From positions 301,643 through 365,642 of the forward strand of contig NW_002060964.1 in assembly GCF_000150275.1 (NCBI RefSeq): a DNA stretch of 64,000 nt. The letters run 5' to 3'. The stretch comes from Trichoplax adhaerens (taxonomy: Eukaryota > Animalia > Placozoa). The notes beneath the pieces were generated by a model, which was given only the letters and a program-made list of their open reading frames with translations, searched no databases and was not told where the DNA came from. The position numbers and the translations under genes were made by a program. This document shows, piece after piece, positions 63,020 through 64,000 of this stretch; within the stretch, counting starts at the first letter, position 1, and every line of letters begins with the position of its first letter.

Positions 63020-64000
63020 AATCGACCAGGTTGGAAAGAAAAAATCCAAGGAGCAATTGATCCATCGAAAGACGAATAGAGCAACAAGGCAACATTTGCA
63101 GTTTTTAACATTGCATGGTACTAATGTGAGCGAGCATAATGTTATAGTACGAGTCAAATAATTACCGGCTGACCGTATCAGAATACAGTCTGGATACGAT
63201 TGACCAGGTTAGAAAAATTTTTCAATGAGTAAATTGAACAATCGAAAGACGGATAGACTAATAAGGTAACATTTGCATTTGCTGTTTCCAGCATTGCAGG
63301 ATAATCGATATGAGCGAGCATAGTCCGTGGTATTTTGTGCTATTAGTACGAGTGAAATCAGTACCGGACGATAGTGTCAAAGTTCTTACAGTTTGGATAC
63401 GATTAAACAGGTTAGAAAAAAAGATTCAAAGAGTAATCCAATAATCGAAAGACGGATGGACCAATAAGACAACATTTTCATTTGCTGTTTCCAACATTGC
63501 AGGATAATTATTCGATATGAGCGAGCATCGTCACGGAATTCTAAGACTAATACTGTATTAGTCTTAGAGATTAATACTCTATTAGTCTTAGAAATCTCAG
63601 GTATTTATGCTATCAGTACGAGTGAAATCAGTACCGGATGACCGTGTCAAAGTTCTTACAGTTTGGATACGATTAACCAGGTAAGAAAAAAAATTTCAAA
63701 GAGTAATTGAATAATCGAAAAATGGATGGACCAATAAGACAACATTTGCATTTGCTATTTCCAACATTGCAGGATAATTATTCGACATGAGCGAGCATCG
63801 TCACGGACTTCTAAGACTAATACTCTATCAGTCTTAGAAATCTCTGGTATTTATGCTATCAGTACGAGTGAAATCAGTACCGGATGACCGTGTCAAAGTT
63901 CTTACAGTTTGGATACGATTAACCAGGTTAGAAAAAATTGAAAGAGTAATTGAAGAATCGAAAGACGGATGGACCAATAAGACAACATTTGCATTTGCTG
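63020..64000. repeat. Tandem array of ~180-270 bp units (at least 5) running off the window
   Basis: gattaaccaggttagaaaaaa...atcgaaagacggatggaccaataagacaacatttgcatttgctg... near 63020, 63199, 63400, 63670 and 63917. Confidence 0.95.

Noticed and set aside
63850-64000. Protein-like reading of the terminal tandem unit
   Set aside because: Variable A-run lengths shift the frame between copies and stops recur

Overview
AT-rich, intron-rich animal genomic DNA. It is most likely a placozoan (Trichoplax-like), inferred from the short GT-AG introns and the intronless kinesin-light-chain-type TPR gene; there is one 50-N assembly gap. Intact genes: three intronless paralogous class I SAM methyltransferases of the histamine N-methyltransferase (HNMT) type; a ~20-exon uncharacterised helical protein; two paralogous secreted, GPI-type proteins with tandem Frizzled-like cysteine-rich domains; an intronless TPR protein with an N-myristoylation motif; a SWAP70/DEF6 homologue; a ~15-exon cytochrome-b5-fusion front-end desaturase of the fungal/amoebozoan delta-5 type; and an MGAT4-family GlcNAc transferase. 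The intergenic DNA holds several decayed genes: up to four TNF-receptor/death-domain-like relics, a multi-C-type-lectin relic, a TPR fragment and a possible LicD relic. It also holds foldback elements, hairpins and many long-unit degenerate tandem repeats. The best candidates for an undescribed system are the diversifying intronless N-methyltransferase cluster, the GPI-anchored double-Frizzled-domain pair, and the series of death-receptor-like pseudogenes. All family calls are by-eye motif comparisons, not database searches, and exon and repeat boundaries are approximate unless stated.
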